Positions 26,076-38,164 of a stretch of DNA of 64,000 nt are shown here, piece by piece (the stretch's first letter is position 1; each line of letters opens with the position of its first letter). The notes under the pieces are model-generated. The model saw only the letters and a list, made by a program, of their open reading frames with translations, was not told the origin of the DNA and searched no databases. A program made the position numbers and the translations under genes. This DNA is from Camelus dromedarius (lineage: Eukaryota): the NCBI RefSeq assembly GCF_036321535.1, contig NC_087438.1, forward strand, positions 10,108,001 to 10,172,000, in the 5' to 3' direction.

Positions 26076-27929
26076 CTGTGTTATACCTGTTAGCCTCTCC
26101 TAACCACCTGGGTTCTTCTCGACATGGTGGAGCATCTTTGCCCAGTCTTGTGGTCCTTTGGGCCACACTCTCTACCCAGCACTTAATTTCACTAAGTATA
26201 GCATCAGAGTTTTAGAGATTCAAGAAGTTTCAGATCTTTTGATCCAACCCTTTCATTTAAGGTGTTAATGTTCTCATTTCACATAACGACATTTCACTGA
26301 GAACTTCTGGAAGCAACAGCACAGCCTTAATGTGGAACTGTAATGGTGGGAGTTGGGGAGTTTTCAGAAGTTGCTGGATTAGCCTCGTCGCTTGGGTGAT
26401 CCTCCTCCTGCTGTTGTGCTGTAAGTACGGGGGCTCTTGCGTTAGGCCCTGACTAGACTGTGTGAGCCTGGGTCTGGCGCTTCGGACCTCTTAACCCTCT
26501 TGATCCTGCCCAGTCAAGCCCACAGTTGATTGCTGTGGACTGAACTTTGAGGGCCACCTTTGCTCATACCTGTAACCTCAGAACCCCTCTGGAATCAGGC
26601 TGTTCATCACGGAGTAAGTGGCTTGGAGCCCTGGGAAGTGCTTGACCTAACAAGAGTTAGTTTTAAAACTTACTCTTCCAGTCGGAATCAAGTCTTTGTG
26701 AATAGTAGCAAGATAGTTCATTTCCAGCATATGCTTCTTCCAGTTTATTAAAAACTATGGAAAAATCTTTTCCTGAAAAGTATTTCCCCAAACCTGCAAC
26801 TTAAGGTGTTAAATATTCATATTTCTAGATTCCATTAAAGACAGTTGTGAGATATTTATAGAAGTAGAATCTGCCTTGGTTTTTAAAAAAATTCAGTATT
26901 CTCAAGATTCTGGATTATTAAGGCAAAATTGCTAAATATTCTTTTGAATGGTGTCTTTCTTTGGAAGGGCACAAAACTGTCTTACCTGCTTTCAAGAAAA
27001 TATTATTCTTTGTTGAATGATTTAAGCCTATTAGTTCTTGGAAAATTATAACACATGCTGCCTTCAAACAATAAAACAAGTTCCAGCTTCTTTTCCTAAG
27101 AAGAGACTGTTGTTATCAGGATATTTCTACTCCTGATGTCATTCTGTGGACTGGACTTTATGGAGCAGACATCCGAGAAGCTTGCTGGGGCTGTGGCATT
27201 TTGTATTCTCTTTACATAATTTTATTCTCTTTTTTTGTTCCCTGCCCGCCTTCTTCCCTGTTACCCCAGAGGAGAAGATCTGTGGCCGGGTGCCACGTTC
27301 ACTACCAGAGCTTTGCTGACCTTGAACAGAGCCTTGTCCAGTCGGTACCTTTGGTCTGACCATTCCCTTTGCTGGATCTTGGTTTCCTAAGTTAGATGAG
27401 GTGCTGCGCCCTGGCCCAGATAGGGAGCTGGGGAGAAGAGGCTGGGGTGGAGATGGAATGGGTCAAGCAGACTTGAAGGAGAGAATGTAGCCTACGTTGG
27501 GGATGCCCAAGTAAATGCTTGTGGTTTGGAGGCCCCCCTGAAGTAGCATCATTTAGGGGTCAGGGCACAGTCCTCCATTGACTAGAACAAGGGCGTGACA
27601 GTAGTGCGCTGGCCATAAGCCAGTAATTCTGACCTAGGCTTCTGCCCTCCCCAGGGTGGGAGAACCAGTCGTGGCCACAGTGTCTTCTGGGAGCCAGACG
27701 CCGTGTCCTAGGGGCTCTGCCTGTTGTGCCATTGAATCAGGGGCCCTGCTCTCACCCCTCCCCTCACTGTGATCCCTTGGAGCCTTCATTCTGATTGTGA
27801 AGGATGCCCCTGCCCTTCTCAGGGCCCCGCCCCTCCCCAGCCTTCCCCATCCTTAGGTCTCCGCTCACTTGCTACAAGGCTTCTCTGACCCCTCAGGTTA
27901 GGAAACTCCGTTTTAGACACTTCACAGGA

Positions 27930-28120
27930 TCCTGTCCTTCGTCTTTAATTGCACTTGTCACTTGAATACGGATTGTGTTGATTATGTAGTTTATTTCAGT
28001 CTCCCCTGTAGGATGGGTATACTTCTTGGGGCAGGGAGTAAACTGAAAGTTTGTGCTTCACGTCTGGACACCCAGGCCACATTCAGGATTACTGTGAGTG
28101 CCCGGTACGTGTCTGCCGAC
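27930..28120 (+). mobile_element. L2 3' fragment
   Basis: gcacttgtcac..tttatttcagtctcccctgtagg..cttggggcagggag. Confidence 0.5.
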
Positions 28121-29319
28121 TACATGGCTTACGCTTGGTACTTCCCCCTTGAGCCTGGGTTAGCCTAGAAATTGTTGGGCTGGGTCTGCAAGGAGAGACC
28201 TGCCAGCTGTAAGTTGTGGTGGGAGACATGTAATTCCAATAAGAGGAGTGTCTTAACTGAAAGGCACTGGGTTTTCAAAGGGTTCATGGTTCATAATAGA
28301 GCCATTCATCCACTATGAGAACCTCCCCTCAGTTTCAGCTTTGGTGTGGTTACTGATGTTAGATAATTACTTTCACTTCCAGCGTATGAACAAATTACCC
28401 ATTTAGTGAGTTAATTTTTCTTTCCTTTTATTAAATGAGTTTTTGCTTTTTCAAAGTTAGCCAAAATTTCTCTTAACATGTTTAAAAAATTAGTATTCCT
28501 TCAAAGCTAATTGTATCCAGAAGGAAAACTTATTTCCGATCTGCTGCTTATTATGTTTTGGAGTAACTTAAGGAGATTTTGCTTCTGTTTATCATACAAC
28601 AAAAGTATAATAAGAGTTAAAATTGTACCTTAGCCATAGCAGTGCTTTAAAACTGAAACATGCTTTTATATAGGACTTCTGACACTGGATTGGTTGCAGG
28701 TAAATGCATTGCATTTTGATTGTGATACTTTGGCCAGGTCATATCCTGTAGTTTTTAAGAATGTTTGGCTGCATTGTTTGTTAATTTTGAGAATTAAGTG
28801 TAACTGCTCTGATAACAGAACCGTTTCCTGGAAGGAGGGAGGAGCTCTGAGCTGAGACGACCCATTACGTGAAGGGAGAGGTTCTTTTTATTGCTTCACT
28901 TAGTCAAATTTACTTTGAAAATAGTAATGAATTAGTTCTGCTCATTTATTAATTCTGAATAAATTGCTCATTTTTCTGAAAATATTGATTGTCTGCAGAT
29001 CATAAGACTTGCATTAAATAAAAGCAAAAACCCAGAAGTGATTGAAAATCTGGGCCCAGAAATATAGGTGGACCTAAATGGCAGTCATGCTTGCTTTGCT
29101 TTGACAGTTTCAGGAAAAAAAAGATAAAAATGAAAGTCCTGTTATCACTGTGTGAGAGTCCCATATAATGCCAGCCTAACCAACATTTCTAGACTATTCT
29201 TAGGCCCTTTTCACAAGTTGAAGTAATTTTAACTATCAGTGTCTTCTGCTGTGAATACCAGTATATTCATTTCAGTCATTTATGATTTTATTTATGACTT
29301 TATTCATAATTCTAAAGAA

Positions 29320-29405
29320 CTACCCAGTCAACCCATAGAGTCATGAGAAATAAGAAGTTGTTGTTTTGAGCCACTAAGTTTTGGGTGGATTGCTATACAG
29401 TAGAT
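29320..29405 (+). mobile_element. MLT1 (MaLR) LTR 3' fragment
   Basis: acccatagagtcatgagaaataagaagttgttgttttgagccactaagttttgggtggattgctatacag. Confidence 0.8.
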
Positions 29406-31049
29406 CCTTGATATTCCAGGTATAGTCATCACTTAAAAAAAGAAATGGAGTAACCAGGTTTCTGTATTCTACTCACCTATGCATGGCACTGAATAATTTA
29501 CTTGCTTCCCAAATTCTACTCTTTTCTGAAAGAATAACAGTTTACTGCATTAAGAATCTTCCAGAGAATGTGCCACCTGCTTTGTGGGCAGTTTGAAAAG
29601 AGAGCTTCCAGATGACTGTGCATCTCTAGAGTGTGTGTTGGAGTAAGTCTGTAGCATCCCAAGGTGATTACTTAGAGGATTCACTTTGACATCTTTGTTA
29701 AAAGTAAAGAAAAAGAAAAAGAAAAATAAACAGCTTTATTCCTTATTTCCAGACGCATTCCCCCCTCAAGGACTGCAAAAGCCTTACAGACACCGTCTTA
29801 GTCCTGGTGGTTTTCTTCAGAATCTGATTAGGGAGGTGATACTTGGCAGAACATGTTTTCTGGTCGGCTCTTTCTGGCTTTGTACTTAATAATGGAATAA
29901 TATTATGAAGACAAAGATCTTATCTTCAAATTACCTCTTTATAGTCTTAGTAAAAAAAAAAAGGTAATAAATTCTGAGAAGCAGTCTCCCTTACCATTCT
30001 GTTAACCACCCAGCATGCCTCTCAGTGTCCTCAAGAATGTGCATGAGTCTTGGGGGACACTGTGAGCCACCCTCTCAAGGAGAGTCTGCATGTCCCTGTC
30101 CCCTGTGTAGGACGGACTCCGGGCAAGTGGGGCAGGTGCGGGCTGCTGGCTGTTGAGAAGTGCAAGGAGCGGACAGAATTCAGGGAGGAAAGCAAGCTCT
30201 AGCTGATTGTACCGTAAAACAGATAGTTCCCCCGCCCCCTTTATTATTTGATTATTGTTCCGTCGCACCTCAGAAGACATATGATACTTTTAAGTAAAAG
30301 CAACACTTGGAGGAAGAGCTGCAGCTTACTCTCTGGAGTCTTCAAGGGTGTCTTGAATGCTTCTGGACCTTGATGAAAGGGCGAAAAACTGTCAGTGGAT
30401 GCTTTAAGTTTTTCTAAACCTTGATAAATGTACTAGAACCGGCTGGTAGCTATAGACTTTTAAAAATGGCTTGTGCTTGTTATTTCTTGGGAAACCCTTG
30501 TTTGGAATCATATGTCTTGTTTGAAGCCAAAAAAGTGTTATCGGTGACGGTGCTCCTGTGAGATCTTGCCTTGACCTTGCACAACGGAAGATTGATTTTG
30601 AAAACCTGTCTGTCTGTTCACCGCATAGGCAGTTTGGGAGCCGAGTGCAGGGAGGGAGGGGGACGGGGTCTTGGGGGTGCATGAGAGGAAGGGGTGCCGC
30701 TTCCTACCCGGTCGGTGGACACAGAGGAGTGTGACTTCCCTCCTTCCTCTGCCAGGTCATCCTTGTCCTTAGGATGGCTGGCAGCTTAGCCGGAAGCAAG
30801 GTCCTGGCCCCTCTGGGCTGCTGGAGGTGGACAGTCATTGTATGGTCAGCATGGGCGCATGTCGTATAGGAAAGTGCCCTCAAGTACAGGGAAAACTATC
30901 TTAATAAATAGAGATCTGGAGAAACACACGGTAGAGTGTCATTTCAGACAAAAGATTTGGGGAAGAGGCTGTCTGAAACAAGACCATTATGGTGAGCAGG
31001 TCACCCATCAAAATGTCATTCTGATTTGCAGGCAGAGGTAGAGTAAGGG

Positions 31050-31220
31050 CCACGGTGTAGTGTGGAGAGTTACCCCGACAGTGGATGCTTGAGGGGTGGC
31101 TCTGACCGGGGGCGACTTACTCGCCTCTCTGTACAGTGGGGGCAGGGATGGTCCTCACTCAGAGGTCCGTTGTGGTGACTGAGTCACTTAGTACTGTGAA
31201 GTGCCTAGAACAGGCCCTGA
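31050..31220 (+). mobile_element. MIR
   Basis: ggtgtagtgtggagag..tctgaccgggggcgacttactcgcctctctgt..gttgtggtgactgag..gaagtgcctagaacagg. Confidence 0.65.
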
Positions 31221-32482
31221 CACCCCACAGGCGTTGCACGCGTTTCCTTAATAACAGTTGTCAGGAGTTCCGTTAGGCTTGCTAGAATCCTGCCATCATC
31301 CCCCCTTAAACGCCTGCACACCCAGCCTTCCCTGCTGTGACCTCCCACGGCTGCGACAGAGACACATGGCAGCATTTGTGGTGTAAAGGGAAGTGCCCAG
31401 GGATTAAGGAGGGTACAGGATTTTGTTGTCCCAAATGACCAACTATTGCCAAAAAAATCCAAAGAACATTGTTGTGTGAGCCACAGCTGCAGGAAGTGTC
31501 TGCTGGGGCTGAGCTCTGAGTAGGTGGGGTTGACTGAGCGCGTCCATCACATGCCTCCTTAGCTGTTCTTCTGTGGGTTGGAAATTCTTTGGAAAGTAGA
31601 ACTTGTTATCCAGAGAAACAGGAATTAAAAATTCATCAGCACAATGAAGTGGCTACTGTTTCATTCAGGAGTACTCAGCAGTGCGCAGTGATAGTTCCTC
31701 AGCATTTGAAGTTAGCTGACAATTGAATATCCTGTTCATTACATTCAGTTCAAAATGAAGATCTGTTCTTGTTTCCGAAGTTCGTTGGCCAAGGATAGGA
31801 GGATAAAAGCTTCCGGCAAAAATAGGAATCTTTCAGTTGTAGTTGTTTAAATTTAATTCACAAAGAACTGCATACCACACTCCACGATAACTCATTAATT
31901 TTTATTGTCTGGCCACATAGGTGTTAAAAACACAATGTATAAGAATTACTAGCGTTTTAGAATATACTGACTTTTTGTTTTACACTGTACTCTTTGGAAA
32001 AAGAAGCTTCTTTTAAAAAATTAAACACATTGCTCAGTTCATCCAGATTTTTGTTACAGTCTTGAGAACTTTGCATTCTCTTCAGTGAACTTGTAGCCAG
32101 GCCTACCAGATGTTTCATGTCTCCAGAAGTTTAACTCAGCTCTTTTTCTAACCATGAGGCTGTCCGAGGTCTCAGCAGCCCCTGTGCCTAATGGCCTCCT
32201 GACCTCCAGGATGTCTCTGGCCACTGCTTCTGTTCTTGACTGCACAGGACCTTCAGTGGCTGCTTGCTCCTGAAAGCTGTCATTCTGTTTTGATGACATC
32301 TTCATGTAACTTTTGCACAACTTAGGTACTTGTTCATTGTTTGGGTGAGACGGAGCCTGCAGTTTGGCGTGTAGCATTTTGAAACCACTTTATTATTGTT
32401 ATTCCTAAGTCCTGCCAAAAATGAAGAAAGTAAAACTCGCTAAAATGTAAGTATCTGTCTGCTGTTTTGGTTTATATTTCCG

Positions 32483-32511
32483 TTTAGGCGTTCCCTTTAG
32501 GCGTTCCCTTT
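32483..32511. repeat. 13-bp tandem duplication (tttaggcgttccc)x2 + ttt
   Basis: Read directly from sequence. Confidence 0.9.
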
Positions 32512-32644
32512 CTATTTAGGTTTGTATGCATTTAACTATATAGAAGCATATATAATCATATTTTGTGTATTTTTTAAAGGGGCCATTTCATAATACAATT
32601 TTATTACTGGTTTTTTCTCCACCAAGGAACAAGCTGTGGAAAGA

Positions 32645-33770
32645 CATCAAACTAAACATAAAAGTAAAACTATAAAACTTCTAGAAGACATAAGGGAACA
32701 TCTTTGTGATTTTTGGATTAAGCAAGATTCCTTAAATGAGACAAAAACATGAATAGCAAAAAAAAAAGTTGATAAATTGAATGTCAAATTAAAAAAAAAA
32801 ACTTTGCTTTTTAACATAATGCCATTAAGAAAATGAAAATACAAGCCACAGATCAGGAGAAAAATACTTGTAAGTCAAATATCCCGTAAAGGATTTGATT
32901 ATATGAAGAACGTTTACAACTCAATAATAAGAAAATAAACAACTAAGTTAAAAGATGAGCAGAAGATTTGAATAGACACTTCAGCAAATAGGTTATATTA
33001 ACAGCAAATAAACACATGGGAAATGGGCAGTATCCTTAGTCACTAGGAAAGTGCGAATTTAAACCACAGCGAAATAGTGCTACCCCCCCTTCTACAATGG
33101 CTGTAATGAAAAGATCGACACTGCCAAGTGGTGGTGAGGATGTGGAGAAACTAGAACCCTCATAAACTGCTGGTGGGAATATAAAATTATACAGTTGCTT
33201 TGGGAAAGAGTTTGCAGTTTTGTAAAAAGTTAAACACACGCTTACTTTGTGAACCAGCAATTCCACTTCCAGGTGTCTGTCTCAAGAGAAATAAAAACAT
33301 GTTCATGCAAAGACGTTTACACAAATGCTCATGAGCTTTATTCCCAATAGACTGACTGAAACAGCCTGAACGCCTATCCCCTGGTGAATGGAGAAACACG
33401 AAGCGGTATTTATCATGTCTGTGCCGGGCAATGCAGCAGTAAGGAGCAGACTTCAGACACATGCTGCAAAGAGGATGACCCTCAAAGAGCAGCATGCTGA
33501 GAGCAAGAGCCAGACCCTACACAGTCCGTAGTGTATGATTTCATTTAAATGAAACTTCTAGAAAAGGTGTAGAACTATAAATATTGAAAGCGGATCAGCA
33601 GTTGCCTTGGCCTAGGGGTAGGAGAGAGGATTACCTGCGGAGAGGCCCAAGGGAAGTTTTGGAGTGATGCAAACATTCTAAAATGGATGGTTATGGTGGC
33701 TGCACACAGTACATTTACTGAAACTCATTGAGCAGTCCACTTAAAATGGGTAAATATTTTTAAAAATGGT
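32645..33770 (+). mobile_element. L1M (L1MB/L1ME-type) 3' end of ORF2 plus 3' UTR, decayed
   Basis: aaaactataaaacttctagaag; agatttgaatagacacttc; ggtgaggatgtggagaaactagaaccctcata..ctgctggtgggaat; ccagcaattccacttc; agcggatcagcagttgcc; aaactcattgag..cacttaaaatggg. Confidence 0.92.
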
Positions 33771-33829
33771 GCAATCAAAATTTATCTGACAGATTGCAAT
33801 TCACAAAACCCTTTGCCAGTTGCCGTTTC

Positions 33830-33940
33830 ATGCAGTTCTAGGAGGTAGATGATACACTCATTTTCTAGAAGAGGAGACTGAGGACCAATGATAGTGAATT
33901 ATTTTCAGATCTCAGAGCCAGTAACCTGGCACACCAGGTG
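33830..33940 (-). mobile_element. MIR fragment
   Basis: gaggtagatgatacactcattttctagaagaggagactgagg. Confidence 0.6.
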
Positions 33941-34094
33941 GCCACATTCAGGGGTTCTGTCCAGAGGACCCTGTCTGCTAAAATGAGTGAGTTCTATGAT
34001 ATATACATTTCACTTCACTAAAATACATCGTGACGTGTTTTAAAGAATATATCATGAACACCTTTCTATGTCAGGGACTGTTGTGCCATCACTT

Positions 34095-34295
34095 CTTTAA
34101 AATTGATGTTGGGACATTTCAGACAAGCATAAAAATAAAGTTGGTCATGGCCATCCATGTACTCATCATGGGGCTCCAGCAATCATTTCATGGTCTGTCT
34201 TGTTTCATCTCTGTTCACTACCACCTGGATCACTTTGATGCAGGTCCCCGTCATTAATTCTGTCATTTCTTCTGTGAATACTTCAGTGTATTATC
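34095..34295 (-). mobile_element. L1MC-type 3' terminal fragment
   Basis: acatttcagaca..ccatgtactcatca..tcttgtttcatct..ggatcactttgatgca..aatacttcagtgta. Confidence 0.6.
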
Positions 34296-35149
34296 ATCAT
34301 TTGTAAATGATCGCTCACTATTCCATGTCTTGTACTGTAATGTGTTAAACCGGTTGTGGATCGTGGGTCATTTACATATTGCTTTGGTAGGTGGTGGTAC
34401 AACAGTCTTCGTGCCTGTTCTCCAGCACAGCTGTCTTGTAATTGAACTTCATGGCTTTAGAAGAACTCTGTGTTGCTTGAGGGATTGTATGGAAGAGCCA
34501 GCTTTTCCCTCAATACTTTAAAGGGAATTTTTAAAAGGCTGGACAAAGTTCACAGTAAAGTAGCCCTTAGGTAGTCCAGGAATGTGTGCATGATGAAATA
34601 GTCCAACTATTTCACTTTCTTTTGTTTGTAGTTTTTTCCTTGGAAACAAAGACATTATGATACTCATGTTCTTCCCCCTCCCCCACCCTGTGCTCCCTCC
34701 CTTTTTTGCTTGTGTTTGTGATTAAATGTCTTATGAGCAAAGTTGTGAGTTTTATAGTGAAGATCCTTAAGAAAATACCTTGTCATACTTCCAGACAGTA
34801 CTTTAAGGTTGCTCATCTTTTAAGTTGTCAGGAAATGTTATCAGCCTCAGGTTTAGGGAGAGAGGAGCCCAGGAGAGGAGGAGCATTGTTGTGCTCCCAG
34901 CAGATGGTCCTGCCGGTGCTGGCTTATCTCTCCAGCCCAGGATGGAGCACCCCGTGTCGATGGGGGAGCCTGGCCAGGTGAGTGAGCAGATGATCCCAGG
35001 CTGTTGGGCTCATGGAGTGTGGGCATCCAAGTAGGGGCTGGCAAACCCTTTCCTTGAATTTTGAAGAAAGATCAGAAGTTAAATGACGGGCTGATTCTGT
35101 ATAGAAGGTCGGAAGCATGAGATGTCATCATCATCGTTGAAAGAAACCA

Positions 35150-35290
35150 GGCATCACTTCTGAGTACAATATTTTGTCTCACTTCCTCATTTACAGACGG
35201 AGGAACGGAATCTAGGGAGATTGGGCTTCCTGAGGCCACATACGTAATCGTAGAATTGCCCCTGACCTGAACGGGGGTGGCCTGGTTTCC
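35150..35290 (-). mobile_element. MIR fragment
   Basis: ctcatttacagacggaggaacggaatctagggag..cctgaggccacat. Confidence 0.55.
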
Positions 35291-36000
35291 CACAGTGCCC
35301 CGCCCCTGGCCGCGGCCTCCTTGTTGACCACGTGCATTGCACCTCGGATGCTGTCTGGACATCCTGTGACTTAGGCTCGCGTTGGTCGGAGCCACGAGAG
35401 GCCTCACTTTCCCAGGCTTGTGGAGATAGTTGAGAGGAGGTCATGTTGTAGTATTTGTTTCTTTTAATTCTCCTTTCAAGTACTTTTTGAAACAATGTTT
35501 TCTTGTTTCATAATTGTTTGGGAGGAAAACCATGGAAAGGAAAGAGTCAAAATTTTATTTCAACGTGAACCATAGACATTACCACCCTCCCCTTTTCATC
35601 AGTTATTATTGATATGATTTTAAAGTGTCAGCTTACTCTGTTTAGCCTTATTTATTGTTCAGTAGTTCTAAATTAAAGTTAAAATTTGAAGTCAGCAGAA
35701 ATGAGATGGACATCAAAGAATGATGGACCCACAAAAGCGACGCGCGTGCAGGAGGCTCCCCGCTCTCACTCAGTCCTTCCGCGAACCCCTTTCTGTCCTT
35801 AGCCGTTTTCCTGCTTCTCATGATGTCCTTTTCCTTTCCCTTCTTGCCACCCTTCCCGCGCCTGCCCTTGTCAGTTCATCATAAGCCTGCAGGCCAAATC
35901 TTGGATCTGTTCCCTTGACACTTTGAGGAAATGCTCAAGTGTCCTGGCGGCCACTGGAAGCCAATAAGGGAACAGGTGGAGCTTTTGAGGATTCCCCATA

Positions 36001-36325
36001 CAGTGACCTTTGAACAACACGGGTTTGAACTTTGTGGGTCCACTTATGCACAGATTCTTTTCAATAAATATAGCACCTGCATTTTCACTTTACAGATCTT
36101 CAGATTGAGTGTGGGGGGTTGTTTGTGTTGGATTAGAGATCACAATATGTGGAATCAAAAGAACTAGGGTTTGAGTCCTGATTCTGCCCAGACTGTCTGA
36201 GATTCCTGCCTTTGGGTGAGTCCTTAGTCAGTTCCTTTGTTTTCACAGCAGAGATGGCAGTACGTGGATTTCTGACGGCATAGGGGTTGGTGCCCCTAAC
36301 CGCTGCATTGTAGAAGGGTCAACTG
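36001..36325. mobile_element. TcMar-Tigger (Tigger2-ended) MITE
   Basis: Left end cagtgacctttgaacaacacgggtttgaactttgtgggtccacttat; right end gcccctaaccgctgcattgtagaagggtcaactg; flanks TA / CA (decayed TA target duplication). Confidence 0.85.
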
Positions 36326-38110
36326 CAATGCAAAAAATGAAAAGTCACATTAATGTTATTTTCTGACCTTTGACTTTATCTCCGAACTTTCCGATGAGAA
36401 CTTACAGGTTACAGTTAGACCAATAATTCATGCTTGTAACAACTACCAAAATAATTTCCTCGAAAGGGAAAGAATCAAAGAGATGGATGTTTACTGGCTC
36501 AAAAAGCACCATCACCTCAAAGATTTGCTGCAGAAAGTTCAGATATTACTGCAAAATGTTTAATGTGAATAGTTAATAATGTAAACCTGTTTATAAACAT
36601 ACCTGGTATAAAGCCCATATTCTGAAATGGTTTACTAACTTTAAATGTACTAGCAACATAAACAGTCATTATGATTGTAAACTTACCCCTACTGTGAATT
36701 AACCTATAACATACTCGCACAATAATTTAAAATTTGAAACAGTGGAATATTTTGTCATGTGACTGAAAGGTTAACCTACCAGAACAAGCATTTACCAGCT
36801 GAAGTATATATAGGACTTTCCTTTGCAAACTCTGGTAAGTTCCTTTTTGTTTGTAAATTTAAAATCTGCTCTTTAGAAATGAAAAGTCTTGTAGTCACAT
36901 ATGTCCTTTCTGGACTAGATAGATCTGAATACAAAAATTATTGTAAGTTTCTTAAATAATATGTGTTTAAGAAATAGAATATGGAATTTTTTTTTAGTAT
37001 TTTGATCAAATCAGTACTATGAGGGAAAAAAAACCCTAGATGGAATTAAAAGTATAAAAAGAAATATAACAAATGAAAGTGAAGTAATGGCTAAAATGTA
37101 TTAGTTATTGTAGAGTGCAGAGAAGGGAAAGAGAAATAGGTATGGACCAGTTCCATCCTTTCAAGGACCAACAGGCAGGTTTCTGAGGGCCTGGAAGATT
37201 CCTGTTCATCCAGGTTGGCCCAGGGCCCCTGTTGATTGGTGTGTGGGCTTGTGGTCCCTCAGAAAAGTCACACCCCACCCAGCAGAGTGGACCAGCTTCT
37301 GAACCTTCAGAGCACCCCAGACAGCTTGGAGCTTCCCAGTTACCTGACTTGACTAAATTCTAAGAGATAATTTTATCCTTAGACATCTTTTCGCTTAAAT
37401 AAAGGTCTCAGTCAATACATGGTTTGTTGAATGCTAGGTCTAGGGTGTCCGTGTGTGCAGAGAAGACTGGGACATGATTCCTGGAAGTAAAACAGAATTA
37501 TCTTGAAACACACAGAGACACTGTTGATACCTTTTCCTCTACTGTCAGAGTTTAAATAATGCAGCATTATTTCTGTAAGAAGAAGCTTGATTTTATCAGT
37601 AAAGTCCTTAATCCATGACCAGGAAAAATGAGGGGAAAATAACCCCCTTTCCTTCTAATTGGCTACAACCTTTGGTCCTTCAGATGTATTCTCTCTGACA
37701 TAATCCAGCATTCGAATGAGGAATGCACAGAAACCACTTACAGAAGAGGAACACTGATTTTTTTGAATAGAAGATTTAAGTTTTAAAATAGAATATTAGA
37801 ATTTTAAATAGCTGAAAAAAATAAAAGCAGTTTTGAATTGCTTGTTTTAAATGATGATTTGCTTGCTACGTGTACTCTTATTTTTGTGTACTTGTAATCC
37901 CACTTTATGTGTAAATATAAGAGGTGACATTTGTTCTTAAAATTATTAAAAAAAAATTCACCTTGTCCCTGGGTTTGGCGTCCTCCTACCTTCATCTCGA
38001 AAGGAGCAACTGCTTTTTGTGAGAGCTTGTGTCAGAGCTGTGAGCGTCTCTAAGGACAAGTCCTTTCAGCACTGACTCAGAAGGCACCGGCTTGGTAGCA
38101 CACCTGCTTG

Positions 38111-38164
38111 TGCGCATGCTCAGACATGCGCGTGTGCGCATGCTCAGACATGCGCGTGCGCGCA
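38111..38164. repeat. Perfect 24-bp tandem duplication (tgcgcatgctcagacatgcgcgtg)x2 + partial third unit
   Basis: Units at 38111-38134 and 38135-38158 are identical; followed by cgcgca. Confidence 0.95.

Noticed and set aside
33539..33554. 16-bp palindrome tttcatttaaatgaaa
   Set aside because: AT-rich and inside an L1 3' region whose consensus is already near-palindromic here
38111..38164. CRISPR-like repeat
   Set aside because: Units are adjacent with no spacers, there are no cas genes, and the context is mammalian
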